Below are positions 30,673-41,236 of a DNA stretch of 64,000 nt, piece by piece. The position numbers and the translations under genes are program-made. The stretch spans positions 14,389 to 78,388 of the forward strand of contig CAYJJI010000003.1 of the NCBI GenBank assembly GCA_964370475.1. The letters are read 5' to 3'. Each line of letters opens with the position of its first letter. The stretch's first letter is position 1. The notes below the pieces were generated by a model. That model was not told the origin of the DNA. It made no database searches and saw only the letters and a list, made by a program, of their open reading frames with translations. Source of the stretch: an uncultured Muribaculaceae bacterium (GTDB taxonomy: Bacteria; Bacillota_I; Bacilli_A; RF39; UBA660).

Positions 30673-32217
30673 ATGAATAAGATAGGACTTTTTATTAAAA
30701 ATGATAAATTAATATTTAAATACTCTAAGAAAAGAAGCAAGAGCTCTGAGGAGTTAATGAATACTAATGTTATTAATGATGGTGAATTATTATTTAGTGA
30801 TGAATATATTTTGAAGAATAAAAAAATAGTTAGTAAATTTATTAGTGAACTTGCTTTAGAAAGTGATATTACTAATATTGAAATTGAATCTTCTTCACTA
30901 GCTTTAGTTGTATTAGAAGTTTTAAATAACTTTAAAGTAATTAATTCATTAACTATTAGAAAAGATGATGTTGTTAACTTTACTATTGTTGAAGCTATAA
31001 TTAGAAATAAAAATATTAAAAAACTAAATTGTTATACTGCACCTGAGTTTGCAATTCAATATTTTGATAAACATAATATTGAATTAGTTACTAGAAGTGA
31101 AATTTTTTTCACTAGTAAGTTTATGGATAAGAATGAACTTAATAGTTATTCTAATATTTATTATAAAAGAATTGTAGAGTTTGACTGCCCTATTTCCAAA
31201 GATGATGTATTAGATTTTGAGGCTTTTCTTAAGATTAATAAATACTTACAGATTATTCATATTAGTAAGTATAGTGATAGTGATATTGAATTATTAATTA
31301 AAATTATAAAAAAGAAAAAAATTAGAGATATAAGTATACTTATAGATAATAATACTATTTCTGAAAGTGAAGCCATTAAGATTAAGAGTTTAAATAAAAA
31401 ACATAAAGGTGTTTTTAAAATCAAAATAAATTATTCTAAAGATTATATTAGAAACAATTATTTACAATATGTATCATTTTCGATATTAAAAGTTTCTTTA
31501 GTAATTGTTTTATTAATGACATTTACTTCTTTTAGTTATATGTTTGTTAGCAATTATATTTCTCTTAAGAATGTTGATGAAATAACTATGGAAGTAGATC
31601 AAATAGTAAATGAAGTTAAAGAGAGAAATGACAATAATGATATAGTTGAAAGTGTTCATGGACCTAGTGTTATTAATGAGCTTAAAAAAGTTAATGATGA
31701 TACTGTTGGATGGTTAACTGTTAGAAACACTAATATTGATTATCCTGTAGTACAAACTAGTGATAATGATTTTTATCTTGATAGAAATTATTATCAAGAA
31801 AAGGACTACAGTGGATGGGTGTTTATGGATTTTAGAAATGATATTGATGAGATGGATCACAACACTATAATATATGCACATAATAGATTTGATAGTGGTC
31901 TGATGTTTGGAACACTGGATAATGCTAAAGATGAAGATTGGTTAGCTAACAAGAATAATCATATTATTACGTTTAACACCTTGAATGAAGAAATGAGTTT
32001 TGAGATATTTTCGATTTATAAAATTGGTAATACCAATGATTATATAGCTAATAACTTTAATAGTGATAATCACTATTTGACTTTTATAGAATTAATTTCT
32101 AATAGAAGTTTATATGATTTTGATGTTAATGTTACAACTGATGATTATATATTAACATTATCTACTTGTTATGAATATACTAATAGATTTGTAGTACATG
32201 CAAGATTAATTAAATAA
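30673..32217 (+). CDS. Class-B-like sortase with about 270-aa N-terminal cytoplasmic extension
   Basis: C-terminal domain: GWLTVRNTNIDYPVVQTSDNDFYL…IIYAHN…TLSTCYEY…RFVVHARL (TLxTC Cys, conserved His and Arg). Preceded by TM VSFSILKVSLVIVLLMTFTSFSYMFV and a long N-terminal domain. Confidence 0.7.
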   Translation: MNKIGLFIKNDKLIFKYSKKRSKSSEELMNTNVINDGELLFSDEYILKNKKIVSKFISELALESDITNIEIESSSLALVVLEVLNNFKVINSLTIRKDDVVNFTIVEAIIRNKNIKKLNCYTAPEFAIQYFDKHNIELVTRSEIFFTSKFMDKNELNSYSNIYYKRIVEFDCPISKDDVLDFEAFLKINKYLQIIHISKYSDSDIELLIKIIKKKKIRDISILIDNNTISESEAIKIKSLNKKHKGVFKIKINYSKDYIRNNYLQYVSFSILKVSLVIVLLMTFTSFSYMFVSNYISLKNVDEITMEVDQIVNEVKERNDNNDIVESVHGPSVINELKKVNDDTVGWLTVRNTNIDYPVVQTSDNDFYLDRNYYQEKDYSGWVFMDFRNDIDEMDHNTIIYAHNRFDSGLMFGTLDNAKDEDWLANKNNHIITFNTLNEEMSFEIFSIYKIGNTNDYIANNFNSDNHYLTFIELISNRSLYDFDVNVTTDDYILTLSTCYEYTNRFVVHARLIK

Positions 32218-32227
32218 AGGAGATAAT

Positions 32228-34930
32228 ATGAAAAAGATTGATAAAGAGTTAGTAAAATATAACGATATGACGGAGGATGAAATAATAAGTTTATTAAGAG
32301 ATAATGAATTTATAGAAAAAAGTGATTCAGTAAGTATTACTACTCTTCTATCAAAACTTAGTTTTAAATATATATTTAATTTTTTACAGAATAATATTAT
32401 TTATAATAAAACTAGTAGTTTATCTTTTAATCTTTTAAATACTGATAAGTATTTAATTAATGGGTTTTTAGATTCTATTAAGTTATGTGTTAAGCTTGAT
32501 AACAGAATGTTTTATAAGTTATTGATGAAGTTAAGTCATGAAGAAATTATTGATTTTATTAAGAAGGATTATATTCTTAATTGTTTGGATGATGAAGAGA
32601 TTATTAATATTTTAGTTATTAAGAATATTAATTTAGTTTCTTTAAAAGAATTATTAAACAATAGAATTACACAGAACTTTTTAATAACTTATTTAAATAA
32701 ATTATGGGAACTTAAATTTGATATTGATGTTATTTTAGATTTAGAGTTATTAAAAACATTGTATTCACTTGATGATAATATTATTAATAAAATTGATGTT
32801 AATGACTTTAATTATTTAATTACTACTATCTTGAATAAAGAGAGTTTATCTTTGAATAGTTCTAAAATAAGTGTATTAACTATTAAGAGTTTGTTGTTAT
32901 GTTATATTAAATTTGGTATTAGTAATACTCTTAAAATTTTATTTAATGATAAGAATTATTTAAGTACTGATGAACTTAAGTTTTATATGAATTATTATGT
33001 CAATGAGAAAATGGGTGAATATTTAAGTACTAGTGGTATTTATTTAGATAAATTAGATATTAATATTATTAAAACATTTAAGGGTTTTGACGAGGAAATT
33101 AAGTTAAGTTATTTAGATAATAAAGTATTTAATTATTTAGAAAAATTTAATATTGATAAGGTTAAATTAATAAGAGTGATTAATAGATTTATAAATTATC
33201 AATATGTTAATTATGATGAAGCTGTTAGTGAAGTTAGGGAATATGTTAATAAAATTAAAGAAGAGTATTTTTTAAGTATTAGAAATAATTATACTAGAGA
33301 ATATTTCTATTTGATTAAAGATTTAGTAAAGTTAAAGAAAAAAGTTAAAGATAAGAGATTGAAAGAGATTAATGGAGAAGTTATTACTAATATTAAGTTT
33401 CAATTGTTATATAAGTTATTAACTAATTCTATTAATGATAGTGATTTATTTAAGAAGAATGTTGTTGTTGAAAAGAAAGTTTCTAGACTAAATGATTTTA
33501 TATCAGATAAGATTAGTTTTAATGAATACTTAAAGAATGTTATTATTCCCCTATCTAACGGGAGTTTTAATATTGATGAATATTTATTAACTAATTCGTT
33601 TGTAAAACCATCTAATTATGATTATTTTAATGAATTAATGGGTGTTAGGAATAGAGTTGTTATTTTTAATAAGTATTTAAGGAAGTTGAAGAAGAATAAA
33701 AATATTGATGATTTGGAAGAAATATCTTCGAGGTTTATTAACGGAATTAGTAATGTAGATTTAATATATGATAAAAGATCTAATAAGATATTATTTAATA
33801 ATTTATTCAATTCTTATTTAGATGATGATTGTTTAAATTATTATAATGCTTATAAGTTAATTTCTAGTATCGTTGATTATAGTACTAAATTAGTTAATAG
33901 TTTATTTAAAAATTCTAGAGTTAGTGAAGTTTATTATAATGAATTATATTCTGAAATTAGTTCTTTAAATGTTATGGATTATATACCAGTAGTCAAGTTA
34001 TTTAATCTTAATGATTTGGAAGTGTTTTCTGGATTAGATTTTGATGATAGTGTTTTTGATAATACTTATTTTGAATATTTAATTAATAATAAAGCTTTTG
34101 TATTAATGTTTACTAAAGTTATAAATAATCCATCTAAAATAATATCTAGTAGTAATGATTTTTTAATGAATAACAATGTTTTATCTACTAATTTTATTGA
34201 ATGTTTAAATATAAATAAGAAATTAAATAGCAGTAATATTAGAGATGTATTAAAATGTTATGATGTTAATTACTATAGTACTCTTGATGATGAATATCTG
34301 AAATCTATATTTGATCGTAGTGTTAAGAATTATGAAAAATATGTTAGTAATATATATATTGATAATCTTATTACTATTAGAAGTTTAAATAATTATGAAA
34401 GTTTAATTAGAGTTGTTAATAGTAAGGAATATGATAGAACTACAGAACTAGAAATGATAGATGATGTTTTAGTTACATATTATGAAGTTATAGGTAAAGA
34501 TAAGTCGTATTTTAAAACAAAATTGGATGGTAATAATTTAATTGTTAGTGGCAATGTTAGTGATGATGTTTTAGATATTTTTAGCGATTATATACTTAGT
34601 AATTATAAATATATTAGTTATGTTACTACTGATAATTTATCTAATACTAATTATTTCACTAATTATTTAAATGATGATTTAGTAATTATTAAGAGTAAGA
34701 ATAAGGAATATTCTAATGTATATAAGGGTGAATTGTTAAATTTAGTTAATAGTTCATATACTTTTACTAACTCTATTGTTAATAAGAATATATTTAAGAG
34801 AATTAAATTAATTTTTAATGACGAAGATCTAGTTTGTTCTTTTGATGAATTATACTTTGATAATTATAATGTGATTATTAAAAGTGGGGATTGTATAAAT
34901 CAAAAAATCAACAATTATTTAAGCATATAA
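32228..34930 (+). CDS. Large cytoplasmic hypothetical protein (900 aa, N/K/L-rich), 10 nt downstream of the sortase gene
   Basis: No signal peptide or TM. No recognisable motif. Probably co-transcribed with the sortase. Confidence 0.4.
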   Translation: MKKIDKELVKYNDMTEDEIISLLRDNEFIEKSDSVSITTLLSKLSFKYIFNFLQNNIIYNKTSSLSFNLLNTDKYLINGFLDSIKLCVKLDNRMFYKLLMKLSHEEIIDFIKKDYILNCLDDEEIINILVIKNINLVSLKELLNNRITQNFLITYLNKLWELKFDIDVILDLELLKTLYSLDDNIINKIDVNDFNYLITTILNKESLSLNSSKISVLTIKSLLLCYIKFGISNTLKILFNDKNYLSTDELKFYMNYYVNEKMGEYLSTSGIYLDKLDINIIKTFKGFDEEIKLSYLDNKVFNYLEKFNIDKVKLIRVINRFINYQYVNYDEAVSEVREYVNKIKEEYFLSIRNNYTREYFYLIKDLVKLKKKVKDKRLKEINGEVITNIKFQLLYKLLTNSINDSDLFKKNVVVEKKVSRLNDFISDKISFNEYLKNVIIPLSNGSFNIDEYLLTNSFVKPSNYDYFNELMGVRNRVVIFNKYLRKLKKNKNIDDLEEISSRFINGISNVDLIYDKRSNKILFNNLFNSYLDDDCLNYYNAYKLISSIVDYSTKLVNSLFKNSRVSEVYYNELYSEISSLNVMDYIPVVKLFNLNDLEVFSGLDFDDSVFDNTYFEYLINNKAFVLMFTKVINNPSKIISSSNDFLMNNNVLSTNFIECLNINKKLNSSNIRDVLKCYDVNYYSTLDDEYLKSIFDRSVKNYEKYVSNIYIDNLITIRSLNNYESLIRVVNSKEYDRTTELEMIDDVLVTYYEVIGKDKSYFKTKLDGNNLIVSGNVSDDVLDIFSDYILSNYKYISYVTTDNLSNTNYFTNYLNDDLVIIKSKNKEYSNVYKGELLNLVNSSYTFTNSIVNKNIFKRIKLIFNDEDLVCSFDELYFDNYNVIIKSGDCINQKINNYLSI

Positions 34931-34937
34931 AGATGAA

Positions 34938-36026
34938 TCAATGATTCATCTTTTTTTCGTATTCTATTAAATTATTTTTTAGTCTTTCGTCTTTATTATT
35001 TATTTCTATTGCTTTTTTTACTGAGTTGATAGCATTTTCATAATCGTTTAGAAAGTAATAATCGAGACTTAGAATATCATGTATTCTTTCATTATAACAA
35101 AAAGCTTCATTGATATATGTTTTAGGCTTATCTTTAATTTCTAGAGCTTTGTTTAACTCATCAATACTTTTTTGATATTGTTCTAAATCGTAGTAAAGGA
35201 ATCCTAGTTCTGTGTAAGCTTCCCTTAAATGTGGTGCTTCTATTATGGCTTCTTTATACCACATTATTGATTCCTCAAAGTATTTTAATCGTTTATATGA
35301 TCTTGCGATGAAACGCATTGATGCTGCTCTTTCATCCTTCCATGTTGATGTTCTTAGTTTTAGATGCTGGTGAAGTGTTTTAATTGCATCTTCATATCTT
35401 TCATAGTACATATATTCTCTACCTAAGTAGTGAACATTTCTATCATTATTAGGATCTTCTTTTACTGATAGTTCTAGTAAAGGTAGATAGGATGATCTTG
35501 ATTTATTTTGATCTTGATAATGTTTTAAAGTTATTTTGTCGGTTGTTTTTTTAATAAGATTATTTGGTACTATTTTTTTTAGAACTTCATGAACTGGATT
35601 TATCCATATATAATTTTTTCTTGAATGGATTTTTTCGATATAGAATGTTGTTCCTGGATTACCTAATTCATCAAAACTCCATATATAATTATAAGCTAGT
35701 CTATCAGTTTGTTCATCCCATAGATTTTCTATTTCTTTGCGCCATCCTTTATCAAATACTTCATCTAAATCTGTACATATACAAATATCATAATCATTAG
35801 GTACTAGATTTAAGGAATCATTTCTGGCTTTGTCAAATCTCCATGTCTCATATTTTTTTTGTGTAACTTTTACATTACTTTGTTTTAGTTTATTTACTGT
35901 ATTATCTGTAGAACCTGTATCTAGTACGAATATTTCGTCTGCTTCTTTCATGGAATCTATCCATCTATCAACAAATTTTTCTTCATTTTTAGCTATTGCA
36001 TATACACATATTTTATATTTATTCAT
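34938..36026 (-). CDS. Family-2 glycosyltransferase with C-terminal TPR repeats
   Basis: N-terminal KICVYAIAKNEEKFVDRWIDSMKEADEIFVLDTGSTDNTV. TPR-like helices in the C-terminal half. Start set at MNKYKIC. Confidence 0.65.
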   Translation of the reverse strand: MNKYKICVYAIAKNEEKFVDRWIDSMKEADEIFVLDTGSTDNTVNKLKQSNVKVTQKKYETWRFDKARNDSLNLVPNDYDICICTDLDEVFDKGWRKEIENLWDEQTDRLAYNYIWSFDELGNPGTTFYIEKIHSRKNYIWINPVHEVLKKIVPNNLIKKTTDKITLKHYQDQNKSRSSYLPLLELSVKEDPNNDRNVHYLGREYMYYERYEDAIKTLHQHLKLRTSTWKDERAASMRFIARSYKRLKYFEESIMWYKEAIIEAPHLREAYTELGFLYYDLEQYQKSIDELNKALEIKDKPKTYINEAFCYNERIHDILSLDYYFLNDYENAINSVKKAIEINNKDERLKNNLIEYEKKMNH

Positions 36027-36088
36027 TTTATCACCTATGTAAATATATGATTTTAATGAATTTTTTTTCATAAAAAAAGTAGGTAAAC

Positions 36089-37192
36089 CTACTCTACTTC
36101 ACATGTATACCCATCATTTTCTAGTTCTCTTTGTAATAAATCAATACTATAGTTTTGATTTATTGTATATCTTTCATTTACAATGATAGTTTTTTCTTCA
36201 TCTCTGTATTTATATTCTTCTGTTTCTAGATATTTATCTTTATTTTCTTGATATATATCTTGGTTGTAATATCTTAGATAGATATTATATGTGTAATTAT
36301 AATAGAAGTTATTTACATATTGAACTTTTATAATATCTTTTTTTTCGTAACTTAATGAAGATATTTTATCAGTGTTAGTACATATTAATTCTTCATACTT
36401 ATCTACTACGTGAAGTGTTGTATTTTTTTTAACAAAGTTATTATAATCATCGCTAATAGTTATTAGCGTTTCATATTCTCCAGCTAGTTGGTTTTTATCT
36501 AGTATTTCATCATTGTCGAAGTCATAACTACAGTTACTTAAATCATAGCAATAATCAATAAAAGCATTTTCACTAAATCTTTGTCCTACTTCTATGAAAG
36601 CTTCTTTTATATCTACTGAAGGTGTTGTTGTATCTACTACTTCTATTTTAGCTGTTTTTGTTACTCCGAATGCTGTTATTGAATAATTATATGTACCTAT
36701 TTTATATTCAGTTACTGTTGTTAAATCAAGTTTATAGTCAATCTCATTTATGTTTTGCCTTGTTATGTATGTACTAGGGTTGTTATTTAGTTTTTCTCCT
36801 AGTTCTAGTGTTATATTTTTTAGGATAAAGTCTTGGGGTTGTTCTATATTTATATAATAGTTATAAAATATTACTCCACCTATTATTAAAATAATAGCTA
36901 GTAATGCTCCTACTGTTGAGCCATTTCTTATCTTTTTATAGTTTGGATTTCTTTTAAGAGCTAGTTCTCTTTTCTTTTTTAAATATTCTTCTTTTCTCTT
37001 ATCAATATCTATTGCTTCAGGAAGTGTGTTTGTTAACATGTTTATTTTTTCACCATCTATATTAGCTATTTTAACAACGCCATCAAGTTTGTTTACTTCA
37101 TCTGTGGTTTTTATTACTATAGAGTTATCAACAACTGGTTGTTCGTTATTTATTATTGTTTCTTTTTTCTTGAATAAACCCATTACAAACAT
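36089..37192 (-). CDS. Hypothetical single-pass membrane protein
   Basis: 367 aa. TM GALLAIILIIGGVIFYNYY around residue 95. Confidence 0.4.
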   Translation of the reverse strand: MFVMGLFKKKETIINNEQPVVDNSIVIKTTDEVNKLDGVVKIANIDGEKINMLTNTLPEAIDIDKRKEEYLKKKRELALKRNPNYKKIRNGSTVGALLAIILIIGGVIFYNYYINIEQPQDFILKNITLELGEKLNNNPSTYITRQNINEIDYKLDLTTVTEYKIGTYNYSITAFGVTKTAKIEVVDTTTPSVDIKEAFIEVGQRFSENAFIDYCYDLSNCSYDFDNDEILDKNQLAGEYETLITISDDYNNFVKKNTTLHVVDKYEELICTNTDKISSLSYEKKDIIKVQYVNNFYYNYTYNIYLRYYNQDIYQENKDKYLETEEYKYRDEEKTIIVNERYTINQNYSIDLLQRELENDGYTCEVE

Positions 37193-37264
37193 CCCTCCTA
37201 TTCTTTATATAATTATACAATATTCGAAGTAATAAAACAATAATAAAACTTCTATGAATAGAAG

Positions 37265-37990
37265 TTATATTTTTACTATATTAATATTTATATTATTTTG
37301 TTTAGTATAGTTTTTTATTTTTAAATATTCAGTATAGTACTTAGGATTATATTTTTCGTATATATAAGTTATGTCTTGATAGAATTTTAATTCTTTTAAA
37401 TTTATATGTTTAACTTCGTTATAATTTGATTTATCTTTAATTAGTTCATCTATATTTACTTGATTAGGATTTATTATTAGTTTCTGTCTGTGAACTTTTT
37501 TTGTTTTCATTAAGTTTGTAAATATTTCTTTAAAAGTGTATTCCTGACTTGCTACAACGTTTACTCTTTTAATGAAGAATAAGATTACTAATATTAGGAA
37601 TTTTATTAATACTAGTACTAATTGAATTATACTTATATTTGGATTTAATTTAGATATTGTAGTTATTATGTTTTTGAAAGTTATTTTGTCATTAGTTACC
37701 ATGTTAATCGTTGTAAATTTATAGCCTTCTTTTTTTAATTGTTCGGTTATTAAATTAAAATATTCTTCACTACCGTATTTATTGTAGTTATTTATTAGGA
37801 CTGTTGCTTTATTTTCTAGATCTGATTTATATTTATAATATAACTTTTGATATGTTTTTGGAATTGATGAATCTATTTCTTTTGTCTTAATATCTTTACT
37901 TGATGAAATCATTTCTATATTAGTTGCGTTTTTAAATATGTACATTAATGGTGTAAATTGATTTGTAGATGAACTAATTATTGGTTTCAT
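37265..37990 (-). CDS. Hypothetical protein with central TM segment
   Basis: 241 aa. Overlaps the upstream gene by 17 nt. Confidence 0.35.
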   Translation of the reverse strand: MKPIISSSTNQFTPLMYIFKNATNIEMISSSKDIKTKEIDSSIPKTYQKLYYKYKSDLENKATVLINNYNKYGSEEYFNLITEQLKKEGYKFTTINMVTNDKITFKNIITTISKLNPNISIIQLVLVLIKFLILVILFFIKRVNVVASQEYTFKEIFTNLMKTKKVHRQKLIINPNQVNIDELIKDKSNYNEVKHINLKELKFYQDITYIYEKYNPKYYTEYLKIKNYTKQNNININIVKI

Positions 37991-38852
37991 AGCTACCTCT
38001 TAAAGTATCTATTATTTTTTTAATTTGTTCTTGATAGTTTTTTTCTTTTAAGATATATATAGGTTTATTATTTATTTTGTTTTTTATTGTTTCTATTACT
38101 AAGTTGTTTATGAAGCAATTTTTTTCTGGTATAAGAATTATAGCTTCTGAGATATCTATGTTATCTTCTATACTTTTTATATACTCTTTTATATAGGTAT
38201 ATTTAACATTATCTATCATTTCTGAATTAATACTGTCATATCTATAATCTATATAATCTGAAAAGATTATATTATAGTATTTATTGACTAAGCTATCTCT
38301 TATTTTATTAGTAATACTATAAAAGTTTCCTGCTACTATAATGTTGTTATTGTTTAGTTTTTTTTCATCTATTTGAATTTTATTATAGTTATGGAGTAAT
38401 TCTAAATTGTAGCAAGCTTTTTTGTAAGCTTTTATAATTTGTTCATATTTAATATTAAGTTTTTGTCCTATTTTTATCAAGCTTGATAGTTCGTCTTTGT
38501 TCTTTTTAATATTAATATCTAAATGGAGAAATTCAATATTAGGAAAGTTTAATTTTGCTATATTATACGATTCTTTTATTATGGGACATATTGATTCTTT
38601 ATGATTTACTTTTTTTACATCTGGAAGAAGAATGTAGTCACATTTGTCTTCTAAATATTTTATACTTCCTATTTGGTATTTAATATGGTCACAACAATCT
38701 TCATCAATGTATTCTTTACTTAATTCTAATATTTCATCATTTATTTCTGGAGTAATTAATTCAATTTTTAATTCATTAAAAAAAACACAAATTAAATCTT
38801 TATATTTATAGTAATTTAGTGTTCTTGGAAAACCTACTTTAATGATAATCAC
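37974..38852 (-). CDS. Hypothetical protein; N-terminus resembles the DUF2229 motif (CoA-enzyme-activase-associated family)
   Basis: IKVGFPRTLNYYKYKDLICVFFNELKIELITP…DEDCCDHIKYQIGSIKYL…DYILLPDV…SICPII is recalled from memory as resembling DUF2229. This is unverified. Confidence 0.35.
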   Translation of the reverse strand: MIIIKVGFPRTLNYYKYKDLICVFFNELKIELITPEINDEILELSKEYIDEDCCDHIKYQIGSIKYLEDKCDYILLPDVKKVNHKESICPIIKESYNIAKLNFPNIEFLHLDINIKKNKDELSSLIKIGQKLNIKYEQIIKAYKKACYNLELLHNYNKIQIDEKKLNNNNIIVAGNFYSITNKIRDSLVNKYYNIIFSDYIDYRYDSINSEMIDNVKYTYIKEYIKSIEDNIDISEAIILIPEKNCFINNLVIETIKNKINNKPIYILKEKNYQEQIKKIIDTLRGSYETNN

Positions 38853-38869
38853 CTCATTAAAGTTTATTT

Positions 38870-39778
38870 TTATGCAGGTATATTATTACTTAACAATCTG
38901 TATATTGTTATTTTTTCTAATTCTTCTTCATTTTTAGGTTTGTTCTTAAATGAATTAATTTGATTTTCTACATAATTGAATGTTTTTTGATCAATAACAT
39001 TTAGAGTTAGACTTTGTTCTAATATTTGAAGATAGATATCTAATACGTTCGTAGCTACTATGTAGTTTTCTATTTTGAATATATTTTCTTGATTTTCTAT
39101 ATCTAACATTATCTTTTGAATGTGATAAATCAGTTTATTAATATCAAATGGATCGTTTGGATTTATTTCTAATACTTCAATATTTATTAGAGATGATATT
39201 ATATCTGATACTAGTTCTATTATTGTTTCTGGATAATAGTTATAATAATCTGTTAGTTCTTCTAATTCTTTTATTTGATGTTTTTTTAGTTCTGTTATTA
39301 GTAAACAATCATAATTTGCATCTTGTTCTAATATAGTAATTATTTTGTCATAATAATTTTCAAAACTTAAATCATCATAATTTACTTTAAAATTATTTAA
39401 ACTTAAAAGACTTGATAAGTATTTAACTATTTTAGATAATCTTTGGTATTTATCTAATTTGATATTATTACCTACAGTTAGTAAGTAAATGTATATATTT
39501 TTAAATGTATACGTTAAGCTGTTTAAAGATTTTAAGTACTTATTAATATTTATATCTATTTCTTCGTTTATTCTATCTATATTGTTACTTTGATTTATTA
39601 TTAATAATAAATCTTCTTTTTGGGTTCTTAATAATTCTGGAACTTCTTGTAATAAATTTTCATTTTCTAAGAACAGGCTAAGTGAATATTTCTTAAAAAT
39701 ACTTGTGATTTTTTTATTGTACTCCATATCATTCACCTCTATTATAATCATTATAAGTTTAAAAGTAGAAAGTTTCAA
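38870..39778 (-). CDS. Hypothetical protein
   Basis: 302 aa. Overlaps the helicase gene by 20 nt. Confidence 0.35.
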   Translation of the reverse strand: MKLSTFKLIMIIIEVNDMEYNKKITSIFKKYSLSLFLENENLLQEVPELLRTQKEDLLLIINQSNNIDRINEEIDININKYLKSLNSLTYTFKNIYIYLLTVGNNIKLDKYQRLSKIVKYLSSLLSLNNFKVNYDDLSFENYYDKIITILEQDANYDCLLITELKKHQIKELEELTDYYNYYPETIIELVSDIISSLINIEVLEINPNDPFDINKLIYHIQKIMLDIENQENIFKIENYIVATNVLDIYLQILEQSLTLNVIDQKTFNYVENQINSFKNKPKNEEELEKITIYRLLSNNIPA

Positions 39779-41192
39779 TGTTTTTCTTGTATTTTTTGAT
39801 TATTTCTTTTACAAAAGGACTTATATCATTTTTGTTAACTATTAAATAAGTTATAGTTTTGGTTCGTGTTAGTGCTACGTAGAATAGTCTTCTTTCTTCA
39901 TCATGAAGGTATTTGGGTTTTACTACTAATTTATTTATTAATTTATGATTCTTTATTTTATTTGGAAATCCATCGGTTCTATTAGATAGATTTATTAATA
40001 TGGTTATCTTTGCTTCTAGTCCTTTTGATTTGTGAGCTGTTAAGTATCTATGATTGTTTGTTAATTTTATATCATACTTTTTAAAGTCATAGTTATTTCT
40101 ACCTATTATAAATAATTCTTCTTCATTGTGTTTAGTCAATAAATCAGTTATTGTTTTTTTCTCGTTACTAGTAAATATTATTTTTATAGGCTTTATAATA
40201 TTTATATTGGATTTAAGCTGTTTTTTGATTTGATATTTGTTTTTCATGATGAAGTTTCCTGCTGTTTCTATTAGTTGTTGTGGGTTTCTGTAAGTATTAG
40301 TGATAGACAGTGTTTTACTATGTGGAAATGACTTATTAATATTTAAAAATAAATTTAAATCACAACCAGTGAATCTGTAAATAGATTGGAAGTCATCACC
40401 TACTACTATTAGTTTAGATTCACCTTTCTTTACGATATTTTCTATAAGTTTAAATCTTGTATAGGATGTGTCTTGATATTCATCTATTATTATATACTTA
40501 TAGTTTATTTCTGTATCTTTAACTTTATTAATTGAAAAGTTTATTAAATCGTTAAAATCTACAATATTATTATCTTTTAATTCTTCTTGATAAAGATAAT
40601 ATATCTTATAGATTTTTTTTAGTAGCTTATGATTCTTATATGAATAGTTATTTTTGAATAATTCTTTAAAATAATTGTTATTTGAGTAGTTGCCCTTATA
40701 TAGATTAATAAATGTTTTAATAAGTTTTTTGTTTTTTTGTTCATTATTGTTTATAATTATTTCATCTAGTAATTTTTCATCAGCTATTAGTAAATCTTCA
40801 TTTATTATATCTATTGCTAATTTATGAAATGTTTTTACTTCCATATTATAATTGTAATTTTTTAATAGTTTTTCTTTTAAACTTTTTACTGCTTCGTTGG
40901 TAAATGATATACATAGTATTTCTGTTTCTTTTAATTTTTCTACTTCCATTAAGTATCTTATTTTTCCTATTATTGTTAAAGTTTTTCCTGATCCTGCTCC
41001 GGCATTTATTAACAGTACTTCTTCATTTACTAGTACTGCTGTTCTTTGTTCATGGTCTAGTGGATATCCGTTAATATCATCTAGTAATTTTTTATGTTTT
41101 AACATTTCTTGATTTAAATAATTTAAATTATTTTTCAGTACATAGTCTTCTGGGTAGTTTATTGAATCTTTGACATTTATATATTTATACAT
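39759..41192 (-). CDS. Compact UvrD/PcrA-family (SF1) helicase
   Basis: 477 aa. GAGSGKT (motif I), DEYQDTS (II), VGDDFQSIYRFTG (III), HKSKGLE (V), ALTRTK (VI). Confidence 0.75.
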   Translation of the reverse strand: MYKYINVKDSINYPEDYVLKNNLNYLNQEMLKHKKLLDDINGYPLDHEQRTAVLVNEEVLLINAGAGSGKTLTIIGKIRYLMEVEKLKETEILCISFTNEAVKSLKEKLLKNYNYNMEVKTFHKLAIDIINEDLLIADEKLLDEIIINNNEQKNKKLIKTFINLYKGNYSNNNYFKELFKNNYSYKNHKLLKKIYKIYYLYQEELKDNNIVDFNDLINFSINKVKDTEINYKYIIIDEYQDTSYTRFKLIENIVKKGESKLIVVGDDFQSIYRFTGCDLNLFLNINKSFPHSKTLSITNTYRNPQQLIETAGNFIMKNKYQIKKQLKSNINIIKPIKIIFTSNEKKTITDLLTKHNEEELFIIGRNNYDFKKYDIKLTNNHRYLTAHKSKGLEAKITILINLSNRTDGFPNKIKNHKLINKLVVKPKYLHDEERRLFYVALTRTKTITYLIVNKNDISPFVKEIIKKYKKNIETFYF

Positions 41193-41236
41193 ATAAAAAC
41201 TCCTTTTATGAGGAGTTAATTATATATTATACATTT

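Noticed and set aside
30525-30740. 71-aa minus-strand ORF in the sortase/substrate divergent intergenic region
   Set aside because: It overlaps the sortase start and promoter region. Its translation is a K/L/I low-complexity artefact.
36089-41192. Gabija-like defence system (GajB-sized UvrD helicase)
   Set aside because: No GajA-type ATPase-TOPRIM gene of about 580 aa is adjacent. The neighbours are small unknown proteins, so only a generic defence-candidate note is kept.
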